From NCBI GenBank assembly GCA_963836205.1, contig CAWIIV010000006.1:512001-576000 (forward strand): a DNA stretch of 64,000 bases. Direction: 5' to 3'. The position numbers were made by a program, and so were the translations under genes. Positions 53,004 to 63,356 of the stretch are shown one piece after another. The notes beneath the pieces are model-generated. The model ran no database searches, was not told the DNA's origin, and saw only the letters and a list, made by a program, of their open reading frames with translations. Origin of the DNA: an uncultured Acidimicrobiia bacterium (GTDB lineage Bacteria > Actinomycetota > Acidimicrobiia > Acidimicrobiales > AC-14). Positions within the stretch are counted from its first letter, which is position 1. Every line of letters starts with the position of its first letter.

Positions 53004-54470
53004 ATGGCCATCGCCGTTGCCCTCGCCGACGCCGTACCCGACGACGCCCAAGTGGTGGGGGTCCCGGTGTTCGCCGGCCGCACGTCTCCCGAGGACGCCG
53101 GCCCCGAGGTCGACCGGGAGTACCTGGCCGAGCGGGGGTTCGAGGGCAAGGTGGGCGAGACCAGCACCGTCCCCGGCACGAACGGCGGCGTCACCCTGGT
53201 GGCCGTCGGCGTGGGTGACCCGGCCAAGATCACGGCGGAGACGCTGCGGCGGTCGGCCGCGGCCCTGGTGAAGGCCACCTGGCGGGACGCCCGGGTGGCC
53301 ACCACGCTCCTCGCCGCTGCCCCCGCCGGCCTCGATCCCGCCCTCGCCGCCCAGGCCGTCGCCGAGGGGGCGCTGCTGGCGTCGTACCGGTTCACCACCT
53401 ACAAGTCCGACCCCAAGGGGTGCCGCATCGAGTCCCTGGCCGTGGTGGGGACAGGCACCGAGGCCGACCAGGGCATCCAGCGCGGGGTCCGGATCGCCCG
53501 GGCGGTAGCACTGGCCCGTGACGTGGTCAACGAGCCCGCCGGCACCATGACCCCCCGGAGGCTGGCCGAGATCGCGACCCAGGTGGCGGAGGCCGAGGGC
53601 CTGGAGGTCGACATCCTCGACGAGATCGCCATCGTCAACGAGGGCCTGGGCGGGCTGGCCGGCGTGGCCCAGGGCTCGGACGAACCCGCCCGCCTCATCC
53701 GCCTCACCTACGACCCGCCAGGGGCGACGGCCACCCTCGCCCTGGTGGGCAAGGGCATCACCTTCGACTCCGGGGGCCTGTCGATCAAGACGGCCGAGGG
53801 CATGGAGACGATGAAGACCGACAAGTCGGGGGCGGCGGCGGTGCTGGGGGCGATGTCGGCCATCCCCGGCCTGGCCCTGCTCGGCGGTCCGGTGGTGAGG
53901 GTCGTGGCGATCATTCCCACCACCGAGAACATGCCCGGGGGTTCGGCCATCAAGCCGGGCGACGTCCTCAAGATCCGCAACGGCAAGACGGTCGAGGTGC
54001 TCAACACCGACGCCGAGGGGCGGCTGGTGCTGGCCGACGGCCTGTCGCTGGCCGTGGAAGCGGGCGTCGACGCCATCCTCGACCTGGCCACCCTCACCGG
54101 GGCGTGCGTGGTGGCCCTCGGCCGGCGGATCGCGGGGCTCATGGGGAACCACGAGGGGTGGACGGGGCAGGTGCGGGAGGCGTCGGAGCGGGCGGGCGAG
54201 TCGGTGTGGCCCCTGCCCCTGCCCGAGGAGTACCGCAAGCTGATCGACTCCGACGTGGCCGACATCAGGAACATCGGCGGGGGGCGCTACGCGGGGGCGC
54301 TCACGGCCGGCCTGTTCCTCAAGGAGTTCGTGGGCGACGTGCCGTGGGCCCACCTCGACATCGCCGGCCCGGCCCGCAGCGACGACGACGAGGGCTACCT
54401 GTGCAAGGGGGGCACCGGGTTCGGCGTGCGCACGATCCTGGAGGCGGTCGCCGGGTTCACGACGCCGTAG
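53004..54470 (+). CDS. pepA: Leucyl aminopeptidase (M17)
   Basis: GKGITFDSGG, MKTDKSGAA, ENMP, NTDAEGRL, DLATLTGA, HLDIAG. Confidence 0.95.
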   Translation: MAIAVALADAVPDDAQVVGVPVFAGRTSPEDAGPEVDREYLAERGFEGKVGETSTVPGTNGGVTLVAVGVGDPAKITAETLRRSAAALVKATWRDARVATTLLAAAPAGLDPALAAQAVAEGALLASYRFTTYKSDPKGCRIESLAVVGTGTEADQGIQRGVRIARAVALARDVVNEPAGTMTPRRLAEIATQVAEAEGLEVDILDEIAIVNEGLGGLAGVAQGSDEPARLIRLTYDPPGATATLALVGKGITFDSGGLSIKTAEGMETMKTDKSGAAAVLGAMSAIPGLALLGGPVVRVVAIIPTTENMPGGSAIKPGDVLKIRNGKTVEVLNTDAEGRLVLADGLSLAVEAGVDAILDLATLTGACVVALGRRIAGLMGNHEGWTGQVREASERAGESVWPLPLPEEYRKLIDSDVADIRNIGGGRYAGALTAGLFLKEFVGDVPWAHLDIAGPARSDDDEGYLCKGGTGFGVRTILEAVAGFTTP

Positions 54471-54510
54471 ACGTTCTTCCGAGGCGGCTCGGCCACGGGG
54501 GGATGACCGA

Positions 54511-54624
54511 GCCGCCTCGAAGAGCTTGGGCCGCCTCGAAGAGCTTGGGCCGCCTCGAAGAGCTTCGGCCGCCTCGAAGAGCTTGGGCCGCCTCGAAGAG
54601 CTTGGGCCGCCTCGAAGAGCTTGC
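54511..54624. repeat. Tandem repeat, 6 x 19 bp (GCCGCCTCGAAGAGCTTGG)
   Basis: Six contiguous units without spacers; the first unit is the right arm of the hairpin at 54473-54525. Confidence 0.95.
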
Positions 54625-54625
54625 G

Positions 54626-55732
54626 TCAGCCGGCGACGCCCAGTTCGAGAACCTGGGCCCCGACGGTGAGGCCGCGCACGGCGGCGATGAAGGCCGCCCG
54701 CTCGGAGACGCGGGGCGAAGCGATGCGCAACCCGCCGGGGTGGATGCCCTGGGCCGGGCCCAGCACGAGCACGTCGACGCCGTGACTGGCGAAGCCGGTG
54801 GCCAGCTCCTCGGCCCGGTCGGTGATCAGGCAGCGGAACGGCGTGCCGGCGTTGCCGTCGACGACGGCCCCGAGGGGGGCGAGGGCGTGGGCCATCCAGG
54901 CCCCGTCCTCCGTCACCTGGCGGCGGACGGCCTCGGCCCACACCCGGCTGGCGAGGGCGGCCTCGGTGGCCACCACGTCGAGGCCGGAGATGGGCGAGGA
55001 GAAGCGGGGGTCGAAGAGGACCCTGAGCATGTAGCGGTCGCGGCTCCAGGCCACACCCGCCCGGGTGGAGCCCATCCCCGAGAACTCGGCCACCGAGCGC
55101 AGCACGATCACGTTGTCGGCGTCGGTGCCGATGAGGGACGAGAACTGCGAACGGCCGGGCTCGGTGAGGAACTCGACGTCGGTCTCGTCGACGACGAGGG
55201 TCGACGACGGGTGCCGGGTGGCGATCTGGGCCAGCATTACGGGGTCGAGGACGACGCCGGTGAGGGCGTTGGGGTTGGAGATGACCACCAGGTCGGCGCT
55301 GTCCATGGCCTCGTCGAGCTGGGCCAGGCCGGAAAGGTGTTCGGCGCCCTGTCCGTTGCCGGGGAAGCCGGCGCCGGGGAAGATCGAGAGCACCTCGTCC
55401 GAGGCCGGCAGGAGGACGGAGACCGAGCCCCGGGGAGCGCGGGCGGCGATGGCCCGGAGGGCCTCCGACGGACCCCTTCCGGCAACCAGCTCGGCGGGGT
55501 CGACGCCGAGCACCTCGGCGTAGCGATCGGCCAGCCGGGAGGCGGCGGCGTCGGGCTGGATCTGGAGGTCGCGGGGCGAGAGGGTGCGCAGAGCCCGCAG
55601 CACGGCCTCGGGCGGGCCGTAGCGGTTGACGTGGCCGGCGAGGTCGAGGCGGCTGCCGGCCGCGTGTCGGATGCGGCGCTCGGCCAACGTGGTGGTCGAA
55701 CGGTGCGATCTGTCGAACGATTGGCTCGCCAT
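54626..55732 (-). CDS. HisC/CobD-like class I/II aminotransferase-fold protein with a degenerate PLP site
   Basis: LDLAGHVNRYGPP, GRGPSE, SNPNALTG, VVDETDVEF, VLRSVAEFSGMGSTRAG, LRIAS. Confidence 0.8.
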   Translation of the reverse strand: MASQSFDRSHRSTTTLAERRIRHAAGSRLDLAGHVNRYGPPEAVLRALRTLSPRDLQIQPDAAASRLADRYAEVLGVDPAELVAGRGPSEALRAIAARAPRGSVSVLLPASDEVLSIFPGAGFPGNGQGAEHLSGLAQLDEAMDSADLVVISNPNALTGVVLDPVMLAQIATRHPSSTLVVDETDVEFLTEPGRSQFSSLIGTDADNVIVLRSVAEFSGMGSTRAGVAWSRDRYMLRVLFDPRFSSPISGLDVVATEAALASRVWAEAVRRQVTEDGAWMAHALAPLGAVVDGNAGTPFRCLITDRAEELATGFASHGVDVLVLGPAQGIHPGGLRIASPRVSERAAFIAAVRGLTVGAQVLELGVAG

Positions 55733-55963
55733 CGGGCTCTCTCTTCCCCCGGTTCTGTTGGTACCTATTTCGACAGAAAGCAGACGAATCTGTAACGGGT
55801 GCAGGCCGGTTTGTTGGGAGGGGGTGCCACCACCCCCGACCGGTGGCGAGCGGTCGGTCTGCAACCCGTTCCCGCGGAGCCGTCCCGCGGTGCGCGACGG
55901 TCGAACGGGACGCGCTGGCGGCCGGGGTCGTGGGGCCCGGCCGCCAGCGCTTCGGGGAGGACT

Positions 55964-56632
55964 TCAGGCGGCGGCGCCCGGGTCGGGGAGGTCGTCGGAC
56001 AACGGCTGGTCGTCGGCGGACGTCGCCCGCCGGTGGCGGTCCCACGCCCAGGCGGCCGCCTCCCGGCACAGGCCGGGGTGGAACTTCCACCGGAGCAGCT
56101 GCCGCTCGGTGGCGTCGACGTCCTCCCCCAGCTCGAGCAGGCTCAGGGCCAGCCGCCGGGCCCGCCGCCGCTGTTGCTCGGCCGCCGGCGTGTGCAGCTC
56201 GCCCTCCTGCCACACCTGGTGGGCGGCCACCAGCGACGGCGGCAGGCGCAGAACCTGACGGCGGTTGAGGGGTGGAACCTTGCGCCGGACGGCCAGGGTG
56301 CCGTCGGCCCGGGCCAGGGCCAGGTCGAACTGGCAGCAGCGGCCGAGGGCCCGCATGAACGGCGAGTGGCGGCCGCCCTTCGACCCCAGGCCGAGGGCGG
56401 CGGCGGTGTCGGCCAGGTCGAGGTCGAAACCGGCGGGGGACGCGTCGAGAGCGGCGGCCAGCCGGCGGAGGAGCCAGGTGGTGGACGGGCCCAGGATGCC
56501 GAGCCAGAACAGCTCGACGTAGGCCGATCGGGGATCGTGGCCCAGGGCGTCGATGACCGGATCGGGCCAGGGACGGACGGGCAGGGCGGTAAGAGGGCAG
56601 GTGTCGACGGGGAGCAGGGTGACCGTGCTCAT
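55964..56632 (-). CDS. Hypothetical protein, probable winged-helix DNA-binding domain
   Basis: GGAGG SD; PWPDPVIDALGHDPRSAYVELFWLGILGPSTTWLLRRL, LDLADTAAALGL. Confidence 0.75.
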   Translation of the reverse strand: MSTVTLLPVDTCPLTALPVRPWPDPVIDALGHDPRSAYVELFWLGILGPSTTWLLRRLAAALDASPAGFDLDLADTAAALGLGSKGGRHSPFMRALGRCCQFDLALARADGTLAVRRKVPPLNRRQVLRLPPSLVAAHQVWQEGELHTPAAEQQRRRARRLALSLLELGEDVDATERQLLRWKFHPGLCREAAAWAWDRHRRATSADDQPLSDDLPDPGAAA

Positions 56633-56814
56633 TGAGCCTCCAAGGTGCGGCGCGAGACCAGGGGGAAGGAGCAGCCTGGGGAAGCTCGTGATGTTTCGTG
56701 ATGTCCCAGTATTTCGGGTGTCGCCCGGTCCCGTCAAGAGGGCGGCCCCGGAAGGAATGTCGACCTCCGCGGTAGGGTTTGGCAGTAGGAACCCCCTCCG
56801 GAGGACGAACGCCC

Positions 56815-57993
56815 ATGCCCAGCTTCCGAGACCTCCTGGCCCAGACCAAGGCCACCATCCAAGAGGTCGACACCGCCACCGCCGAGTCCACCCTCGCGGC
56901 CGCCCCCGACACCGTCGTCCTCGACGTGCGGGAGGCCGACGAGTACGAGCAGGGCTCCCTGCCGGGGGCGGTCCACATCCCCCGGGGCTTCCTCGAGAGC
57001 CAGATCGAGTCGCGGGTCACCGACCACTCGGCGCCGGTGATCGTCTACTGCGCGGGCGGCACCCGCTCCGCCTTCGCGGCCAAGACCCTGGCCGAGCTGG
57101 GATACACCGACGTGCTGTCGATGGCGGGCGGGTTCAACAAGTGGAAGAACGAGGGTCGGCACTGGACCACCCCCCGCACCCTGTCGGCCGAGCAGCGCAA
57201 CCGCTACCAGCGCCACCTGCTTCTGCCCGAGGTGGGCGAGGAGGGGCAGATGAAGCTCCTCGACGCCAAGGTTCTCCTCCTGGGAGCGGGCGGGCTCGGC
57301 TCCCCGGCCGCCCTCTACCTGGCCGCCGCCGGCGTGGGCACCCTGGGCATCGTCGACATGGACGTGGTCGACGAGTCCAACCTCCAGCGCCAGATCCTCC
57401 ACAACATCGACCGGGTGGGCGAGCGCAAGGTCGACTCGGCCAAGAAGACCCTCGTCAGCCTCAACCCCGACGTCAACGTCGTCACCTACGACGTGCGCCT
57501 GGGGGCCGACAACGTCCTCGACGTGATCGACGGCTACGACGTGATCGTCGACGGCACCGACAACTTCCCCACCCGCTACCTGGTCAACGACGCCTCCCTC
57601 CTCAAGAAGATCCCCGTCGTGCACGGCTCGATCTTCCGGTTCGAGGGCCAGGCCACCGTCTTCGCCCCCTACGTGGGCCCCTGCTACCGCTGCCTGATCC
57701 CAGAGCCGCCGCCACCGGAGCTGGCCCCGTCGTGCGCCGAGGCGGGCGTGCTGGGCGTGCTCCCGGGCATCATCGGCTCCATCCAGGCCATGGAGGCGAT
57801 CAAGGTCATCCTCGGCCTGGGCGACCCCCTCATCGGCCGGCTGCTGGCCTACGACGCCCAGGAGGAGAGCTTCCGCACCTTCAAGGTGGGGCGCGACCCG
57901 GCCTGCCCGGCGTGCGGGCCCGACGCCGAGATCGTCATCGCCGAGTACGACGAGCACTGCATGCCTCACGTGGTGGGCGCGGCCACGAAGTAA
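56815..57993 (+). CDS. moeB: Rhodanese-MoeB/ThiF sulfur-carrier adenylyltransferase
   Basis: N-terminal rhodanese (DVRE, YCAGGTRS); RYQRH, GAGGLG, SNLQRQ, DGTDNF, CYRC, CPAC. Confidence 0.93.
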   Translation: MPSFRDLLAQTKATIQEVDTATAESTLAAAPDTVVLDVREADEYEQGSLPGAVHIPRGFLESQIESRVTDHSAPVIVYCAGGTRSAFAAKTLAELGYTDVLSMAGGFNKWKNEGRHWTTPRTLSAEQRNRYQRHLLLPEVGEEGQMKLLDAKVLLLGAGGLGSPAALYLAAAGVGTLGIVDMDVVDESNLQRQILHNIDRVGERKVDSAKKTLVSLNPDVNVVTYDVRLGADNVLDVIDGYDVIVDGTDNFPTRYLVNDASLLKKIPVVHGSIFRFEGQATVFAPYVGPCYRCLIPEPPPPELAPSCAEAGVLGVLPGIIGSIQAMEAIKVILGLGDPLIGRLLAYDAQEESFRTFKVGRDPACPACGPDAEIVIAEYDEHCMPHVVGAATK

Positions 57994-58043
57994 CCCCCTG
58001 GCCGCTGTCCGTTCACCGGGGGTGGGCGGTTACGGTGGCCGGC

Positions 58044-58916
58044 ATGCGTGCGAGGACGGCGGGGAAGGCCCTGGCCACCGCGTTCGTCGCCCTCGTGGCT
58101 GCGAGCGCGGGAACGCCCGCCTCCGCCGCCCGCCGGCCGGCGGCGCCGGCGGTCCAACTTGCCGCCCACCAGGGGCCGGACCGGACCTTCGCCGGCCAGC
58201 CCTGCGTCCTGCTTCCCACCGCCACGCCGGCCGCCCTCAACGGCGTCGAGGCGTGCGGCGGAATCCGGCCCGGGTCACCGGTGCTCACGCCCGTCGGCCA
58301 GTGCACGCTCAACTTCCTGTGGCGGGGCAGCGACGGCCACGACTACATCGGCACCGCCGGCCACTGCCTGCTGGAGGGCACCAGCCACACCCAGGTCGTC
58401 TTCGAGCCGGGCGACGGACCCCTGGCCCGCGACAGCCGGGGCCGTCCGATCGGGGAGTTCGCCTACGCCGCCCTCGACGCGGTGGGCGACTTCGCCCTCA
58501 TCCGGCTCTCCCCGGACGTGGCGGCCAGTCCCGAGATCTGCCGCTTCGGCGGCCCCACCGGCGTGGAGATCGGTCCCATCTCCGCCCTCACGCCCCTCCA
58601 CCACGTCGGCCGGGGCTCCCTCACCGGGTCGCTCGTCCCCGCCCGCACCCAACTGGCCCTGGAGGGAAGCGACATCCGGGTGCTCAGCGGCCTCGGCGTG
58701 GCGTCGCCCGGCGACTCGGGCAGCCCGGTGCTGAGCCTCGACGGCAAGGCGGTGGGCGTGGTGGTGGCCACCGGTCCCGCCCTCCCCCTGGCGCCGACCG
58801 GGCTCTTCGTGTTCAGCATGCGCATCGCCCCCGAGATGGGACGGGCCTCGGCGGCCACCGGAATCGCGTTCGAGCTGGTCACCGCTCCGCTGGACCCGGG
58901 CGTACTGCAACCCTGA
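58044..58916 (+). CDS. Secreted trypsin-like (S1) serine protease
   Basis: Signal peptide; CTLNF, GTAGHC, DFALIRL, PGDSGSPV. Confidence 0.88.
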   Translation: MRARTAGKALATAFVALVAASAGTPASAARRPAAPAVQLAAHQGPDRTFAGQPCVLLPTATPAALNGVEACGGIRPGSPVLTPVGQCTLNFLWRGSDGHDYIGTAGHCLLEGTSHTQVVFEPGDGPLARDSRGRPIGEFAYAALDAVGDFALIRLSPDVAASPEICRFGGPTGVEIGPISALTPLHHVGRGSLTGSLVPARTQLALEGSDIRVLSGLGVASPGDSGSPVLSLDGKAVGVVVATGPALPLAPTGLFVFSMRIAPEMGRASAATGIAFELVTAPLDPGVLQP

Positions 58917-58978
58917 TCCGCCAAACCTGATTCGGCGGCCGTAACCGCCCATTCACGAGCGTCCCGTACCGTGGGGGC

Positions 58979-60343
58979 GTGCCTGCGGTGCGCTTCGTCA
59001 TCATCGGCGGCGGCCCGGCCGGCAACTCGGCCGCCACTGCCGCCGCCCGCCTGGGGGCCGACGTCACCCTCATCGAGCGCGACGTCGTCGGCGGCGCCGC
59101 CCACCTGTGGGACTGCATCCCGTCCAAGGCCATGATCGCCAGTGGCGGGGCGATGGCCTTCGTCCGCCGCTCGGTGGGGATGGGACTGAGCCAATCGGCG
59201 GCGGAGATCGACCTGGAGAGCATGAAGCTGCGGATCGCCGGCATCGAGGAACGGTTGCACCGGTCGGTCGTTCGCCTGCTGGCCGACCAGGGGGTGCGCA
59301 TCATCACCGGCAAGGGCCGCCTGGCCGGCCCCAACCAGGTGGTGGTGGAGACAGCCGGTGGGCCGGAGGAGGAACTGGAGGCGGACGCGATCCTGTTGGC
59401 GACGGGCAGCCGGCCCCGGGTGCCGGACTGGGCCAGTCCCGACGGCGACCGCGTCCTCACCCACCGCCAGGCGTACCCGCCGCCCACGCTGCCCGAGCAC
59501 CTGGTGGTCATCGGGTCGGGCGTCACCGGCGTGGAGTTCGTCCACATGTTCGCCTCCCTCGGGTCGCAGGTGACGCTGGTCGTGAGCCGCCAACACGTCC
59601 TCCCCAACAAGGATCCCGAGGTGGCCCAGGCGTTGGAGGACGACTTCCTCCGCCGGGGCGTGCGCCTGCTCAAGGGGGCCCGGGCCGACGCCATCGATCG
59701 CCTTGAGGGCGGTGTCGCGGTCCGCTGCGACGACGGCCGGGTGGCCCGGGGCAGCCACGCCCTGCTGGCGGTGGGATCGATCCCCAACTCGGAGGACCTC
59801 GGGTTGGAGGCGGCCGGCGTCGAGAGCGACCGGGGCTACGTGACGGTGAACCAGCACTGCCAGGCGAACGTCCGCCACATCTACGCCGCCGGCGACCTGT
59901 CGGGGAAGCTGCCGTTGTCGTCGGTGGCGACCATGCAGGGGCGCAAGGTCGCCGAGCACGTGATGGGCGGCCACTCCCGCAGCCACCGCCACCTCGACTA
60001 CGACAAGGCGGCCCAGGCCGTGTTCACCGACCCCGAGATCGCCGAGGTCGGCATCGCGGAGGCGGAGGCGTTCGCCTCGGGACGCAAGATCCGGGTCACC
60101 AAGGTGCCCTTCTCGGCCAACGCCAAGGCCCTCATCAACGACGACTGGCGGGGCTTCGTCAAGATCGTGTCCGATCCCGCCACCGGCGTGGTCCTGGGCG
60201 GCTCGATCGTGGGCCGGCACGCGGCCGAGCTGATCTCGGTGATCGCCCTGGCCGTCAACTGCGGCCTCCGGGTGACCGACGTGGTCGATTCGCTCCTCGT
60301 CCACCCGACGCTGGCGGAATCACTGGCCGACGCCGCCGAATAG
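58979..60343 (+). CDS. Flavoprotein disulfide reductase, NAD(P)H-quinone reductase type (single-Cys)
   Basis: GGGPAG, GGAAHLWDCIPSK (first redox Cys absent), GSGVTGVEF, YAAGD, ATMQGR. Confidence 0.88.
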   Translation: MPAVRFVIIGGGPAGNSAATAAARLGADVTLIERDVVGGAAHLWDCIPSKAMIASGGAMAFVRRSVGMGLSQSAAEIDLESMKLRIAGIEERLHRSVVRLLADQGVRIITGKGRLAGPNQVVVETAGGPEEELEADAILLATGSRPRVPDWASPDGDRVLTHRQAYPPPTLPEHLVVIGSGVTGVEFVHMFASLGSQVTLVVSRQHVLPNKDPEVAQALEDDFLRRGVRLLKGARADAIDRLEGGVAVRCDDGRVARGSHALLAVGSIPNSEDLGLEAAGVESDRGYVTVNQHCQANVRHIYAAGDLSGKLPLSSVATMQGRKVAEHVMGGHSRSHRHLDYDKAAQAVFTDPEIAEVGIAEAEAFASGRKIRVTKVPFSANAKALINDDWRGFVKIVSDPATGVVLGGSIVGRHAAELISVIALAVNCGLRVTDVVDSLLVHPTLAESLADAAE

Positions 60344-60350
60344 GCCCGTC

Positions 60351-60400
60351 GAACCGGTGACAGATCCGGGGGTCCGGGCCACCGAAACCGTCACCGGTTC
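60351..60400. repeat. 50-nt palindromic REP-like element, copy B (between convergent genes)
   Basis: GAACCGGTGACAGATCCGG..CCGAAACCGTCACCGGTTC; homolog of 25729-25778. Confidence 0.7.
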
Positions 60401-60411
60401 CGAATCGGGGG

Positions 60412-62169
60412 CTATTCGATGACGGCCAGGACGTCGCCGGCGCCCACGTTGTCGCCGGGGACGACGCGGACCTCGGCCACCCGGCCCGCCCGCTCGCACT
60501 CGACCAGGTTCTCCATCTTCATGGCCTCGAGGACGCAGATCCCCTGGCCCGCGGCCACAGTGTCGCCCACCGCGACCAGGACCTCCACAATGGTCCCTTG
60601 CATCGGCGCCACCACCCGTCCTCCACCGGTCGACGGGCCGGCCCCACCGCCGCCCGGAGGAGGGCGACGGGGCGCCGTCGGGGGCGCCGAGGCCGACTGG
60701 GACCCGGTCGACTCGGGCACCCACACCCGTACCGCGTAGCGACGGCCGTCGACCTCCACGTCGACGGGGCGGGACTGCATCGGCGGCCCCGGACGGCCAC
60801 CGGAAGGGGGACCGGGGGGGACGTCGGAGAAGTCGAGGCGGTCCTCGACCCACCGGGTGGAGTGCTCGCCGGCGATGAAGTCCGGATGCTCGAGAATCCG
60901 CAGGTGGGCGGCCACGTTGGTGGTGACGCCCTCGATGGTCGTCTCCCGCAGCACCCGCAGCATGCGCCGGCGGGCCTCCTCCCGGTCCTGGCCCCACGTG
61001 AGGAACTTGGCGATGAGGTTGTCGTAGTGCTGGCTGATGGTGTCGCCCTCGCCGTAGCCGGCGTCGATGCGCACCCCGAAGCCGCCGGGCCGGGAGAAGC
61101 GGGTGAGGGTGCCGGGTGAGGGGAGGAAGCGCCCGCCGGCGGGGTCCTCGGCGTTGATGCGGCACTCGACGGCGTGGCCCCGCCGCTCCAGCGAGTCCTG
61201 GGTGAACGCCAGCTCCTCGCCCGACGCCACCCGCAGCTGTTCGGCCACCATGTCGAGCCCGCAGGCCAGCTCGGTGACGGTGTGCTCCACCTGGAGGCGG
61301 GTGTTCATCTCCAGGAAGTAGAACTCGCCGTCCTGGTAGAGGAACTCCACGGTGCCGGCGTTGACGTAGCCGCAGGCCTTCGCCACCCGCACCGAGGCCT
61401 CGCCCATGGCCTCCCGCACGCTGTCGGGCAGGCCCGGCGCCGGCGTCTCCTCGATCAGCTTCTGGTGCCGGCGCTGGGCCGAGCAGTCCCGCTCGCCCAT
61501 CCACACCACGTGGCCGTGGCTGTCGGCGAAGATCTGCATCTCGACGTGGCGGGGCCAGTCGAGATAGCGCTCCAGGTAGACCTCGTCCCGGCCGAAGTAG
61601 GCGTGGCCCTCCCGGCGGGCGGCTTCCAGGGACGCGGCCGCCGTGTCCGGGCCCTCGACCACTCGCATCCCCCGGCCGCCGCCGCCGTAGGCGGCCTTGA
61701 TCGCCACCGGCCACCCGTGGCGCTCACCGAAAGCGACCACGTCGGCGCCCGCGGTCACCGGTCCGTCGCTGCCGGGGACGACCGGCACCCCCGCGGCGGC
61801 CGCCGTGACGCGGGCCGACAGCTTGTCGCCCATGAGGTCGATCGCGTCGGGCGGGGGTCCGACGAACGTGACCCCCCGGGCGGTGATGGCCCGGGCGAAG
61901 TCGGCGTTCTCGGAGAAGAACCCGTAGCCGGGATGGACGGCGTCGGCGCCGCTACGGGTGATGGCGTCGAGGATGGCGTCAGTGTTCAGGTAGCTCTCGG
62001 CCGCGGTGACGCCGCCGAGGGCGTAGGCCTCGTCGGCCAGGCGGACGTGGAGCGCCCGCCGGTCGAGGTCGGAGTACACCGCGACCGTGTCGACGCCCAG
62101 CTCCTGGCAGGCGCGGATGACCCGCACCGCGATCTCGGCCCGATTGGCGATGAGAACTTTCCGGAACAT
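60412..62169 (-). CDS. Acyl-CoA carboxylase alpha subunit (biotin carboxylase plus biotin carrier)
   Basis: [50 protein letters not shown]. Confidence 0.95.
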   Translation of the reverse strand: MFRKVLIANRAEIAVRVIRACQELGVDTVAVYSDLDRRALHVRLADEAYALGGVTAAESYLNTDAILDAITRSGADAVHPGYGFFSENADFARAITARGVTFVGPPPDAIDLMGDKLSARVTAAAAGVPVVPGSDGPVTAGADVVAFGERHGWPVAIKAAYGGGGRGMRVVEGPDTAAASLEAARREGHAYFGRDEVYLERYLDWPRHVEMQIFADSHGHVVWMGERDCSAQRRHQKLIEETPAPGLPDSVREAMGEASVRVAKACGYVNAGTVEFLYQDGEFYFLEMNTRLQVEHTVTELACGLDMVAEQLRVASGEELAFTQDSLERRGHAVECRINAEDPAGGRFLPSPGTLTRFSRPGGFGVRIDAGYGEGDTISQHYDNLIAKFLTWGQDREEARRRMLRVLRETTIEGVTTNVAAHLRILEHPDFIAGEHSTRWVEDRLDFSDVPPGPPSGGRPGPPMQSRPVDVEVDGRRYAVRVWVPESTGSQSASAPPTAPRRPPPGGGGAGPSTGGGRVVAPMQGTIVEVLVAVGDTVAAGQGICVLEAMKMENLVECERAGRVAEVRVVPGDNVGAGDVLAVIE

Positions 62170-62191
62170 GAGCGGACCCTATGGTGCAGGC

Positions 62192-62942
62192 GTGTTGGAC
62201 CCCGGCGCCAGAGCGACGCTCGCCGCCACCCGATTCACGGACGTGACGTGGCTGGCGGAGGTGGGCTCGACCAACGACGAGGTCGCGGCCCGGGCCCGTG
62301 TGGGGGCGCCCGAGGGCGTGGTCGTGGTCGCCGACCGGCAGTCAGCGGGGCGGGGCCGGCGGGGACGGACGTGGGACGCGCCACCCGGATCGTCGCTGCT
62401 GGTCTCGGTGCTGCTACGGCCGGCCGCGCCCCACCTGGCCGTGGTCGCCTGCGGGCTGGCGGCGATGGACGGCTGCCGCCAGGCCGCCGGGGTGCGGGCG
62501 ACCCTCAAGTGGCCGAACGACCTGGTGGTGGACGGGAGGGGCAAGCTGGCCGGCATCCTGGCCGAGGCCGTCGGCCAGGCGGCGAGGCGTGGTGGTCGGG
62601 CTGGGCCTCAACGTCGACTGGGGGGACACGCCGCTGCCCTCGGGGGCCACGTCACTGGCCGCGGAGGGGGTGGCGGCCGGCTCCGACGCCGCCCTCGACC
62701 GGTCCCCCCTGCTGGTGGCCTACCTCGTCGCCCTCGAGGCCCGGTGCCGCCAGTCCCCCGACGACCTCATGGCCGCCTACCGGGGCGCGTGCTCGACGAT
62801 CGGCCGCCGGGTCCGGGTGGAGCTCCCCGGCGGGGAGTCGTGGGAGGGACAGGCGGATGGCGTCGACGACCACGGCCGGCTGGTGGTCGACGGGCGGCCG
62901 GTGGCGGCAGGCGACGTCGTTCACGTGCGGTCGGCGTCGTAG
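62192..62942 (+). CDS. birA: Biotin--protein ligase (frameshift near 62578)
   Basis: [29 protein letters not shown] in one frame; [14 protein letters not shown] in the next. Confidence 0.9.
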
Positions 62943-63253
62943 GCCGCCAGCAGCCGCTTGGGCGCCCGCCGCCGCCACGAGTCCTCGATCAGCTCCCGGA
63001 CGACGTCGTCGTCCGCCACCGCGGGGAGATGAACCCGCACGCCACAGAGCTTGGCGCCCCACCACAGCTCCTCGAACGCCGACCCCCCGTCGGCGGTCGC
63101 CGCCGCCCGAGACTCGTCCGCGTCCACCATCACGTGGAGGTGCTCGCCGTCGGCAGGCAGGGTGGCGAAGATCCGGCCCCGGATTCCGGAACGACGCGCT
63201 TTCGAAATGCGCTCCTCGGTGGCCCCAGGCAACGACAGGGCGTACCGCCGCAC
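62921..63253 (-). CDS. MmcQ/YjbR family protein (start uncertain; apparent compensating indels near 63185-63212)
   Basis: [32 protein letters not shown]; the expected HFESASFR segment lies in another frame. Confidence 0.8.
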   Translation of the reverse strand: MRRYALSLPGATEERISKARRSGIRGRIFATLPADGEHLHVMVDADESRAAATADGGSAFEELWWGAKLCGVRVHLPAVADDDVVRELIEDSWRRRAPKRLLAAYDADRT

Positions 63254-63356
63254 CGCATCGCCATCCGCCCGGCCAAGCTACGCCCGCCGTCCTGGTGCGC
63301 GCCTTCCGGCAACCTTGGTGCTCTCCCAAGCCGACGGTTGGTGTATCGTATTGGCC

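Noticed and set aside
54511-54624. Possible CRISPR array
   Set aside because: Units are 19 bp and contiguous, with no spacers and no cas genes in the window
58979-60343. Missing redox cysteine as a novelty
   Set aside because: Known property of the actinobacterial NAD(P)H-quinone reductase (mycobacterial LpdA-type) subfamily
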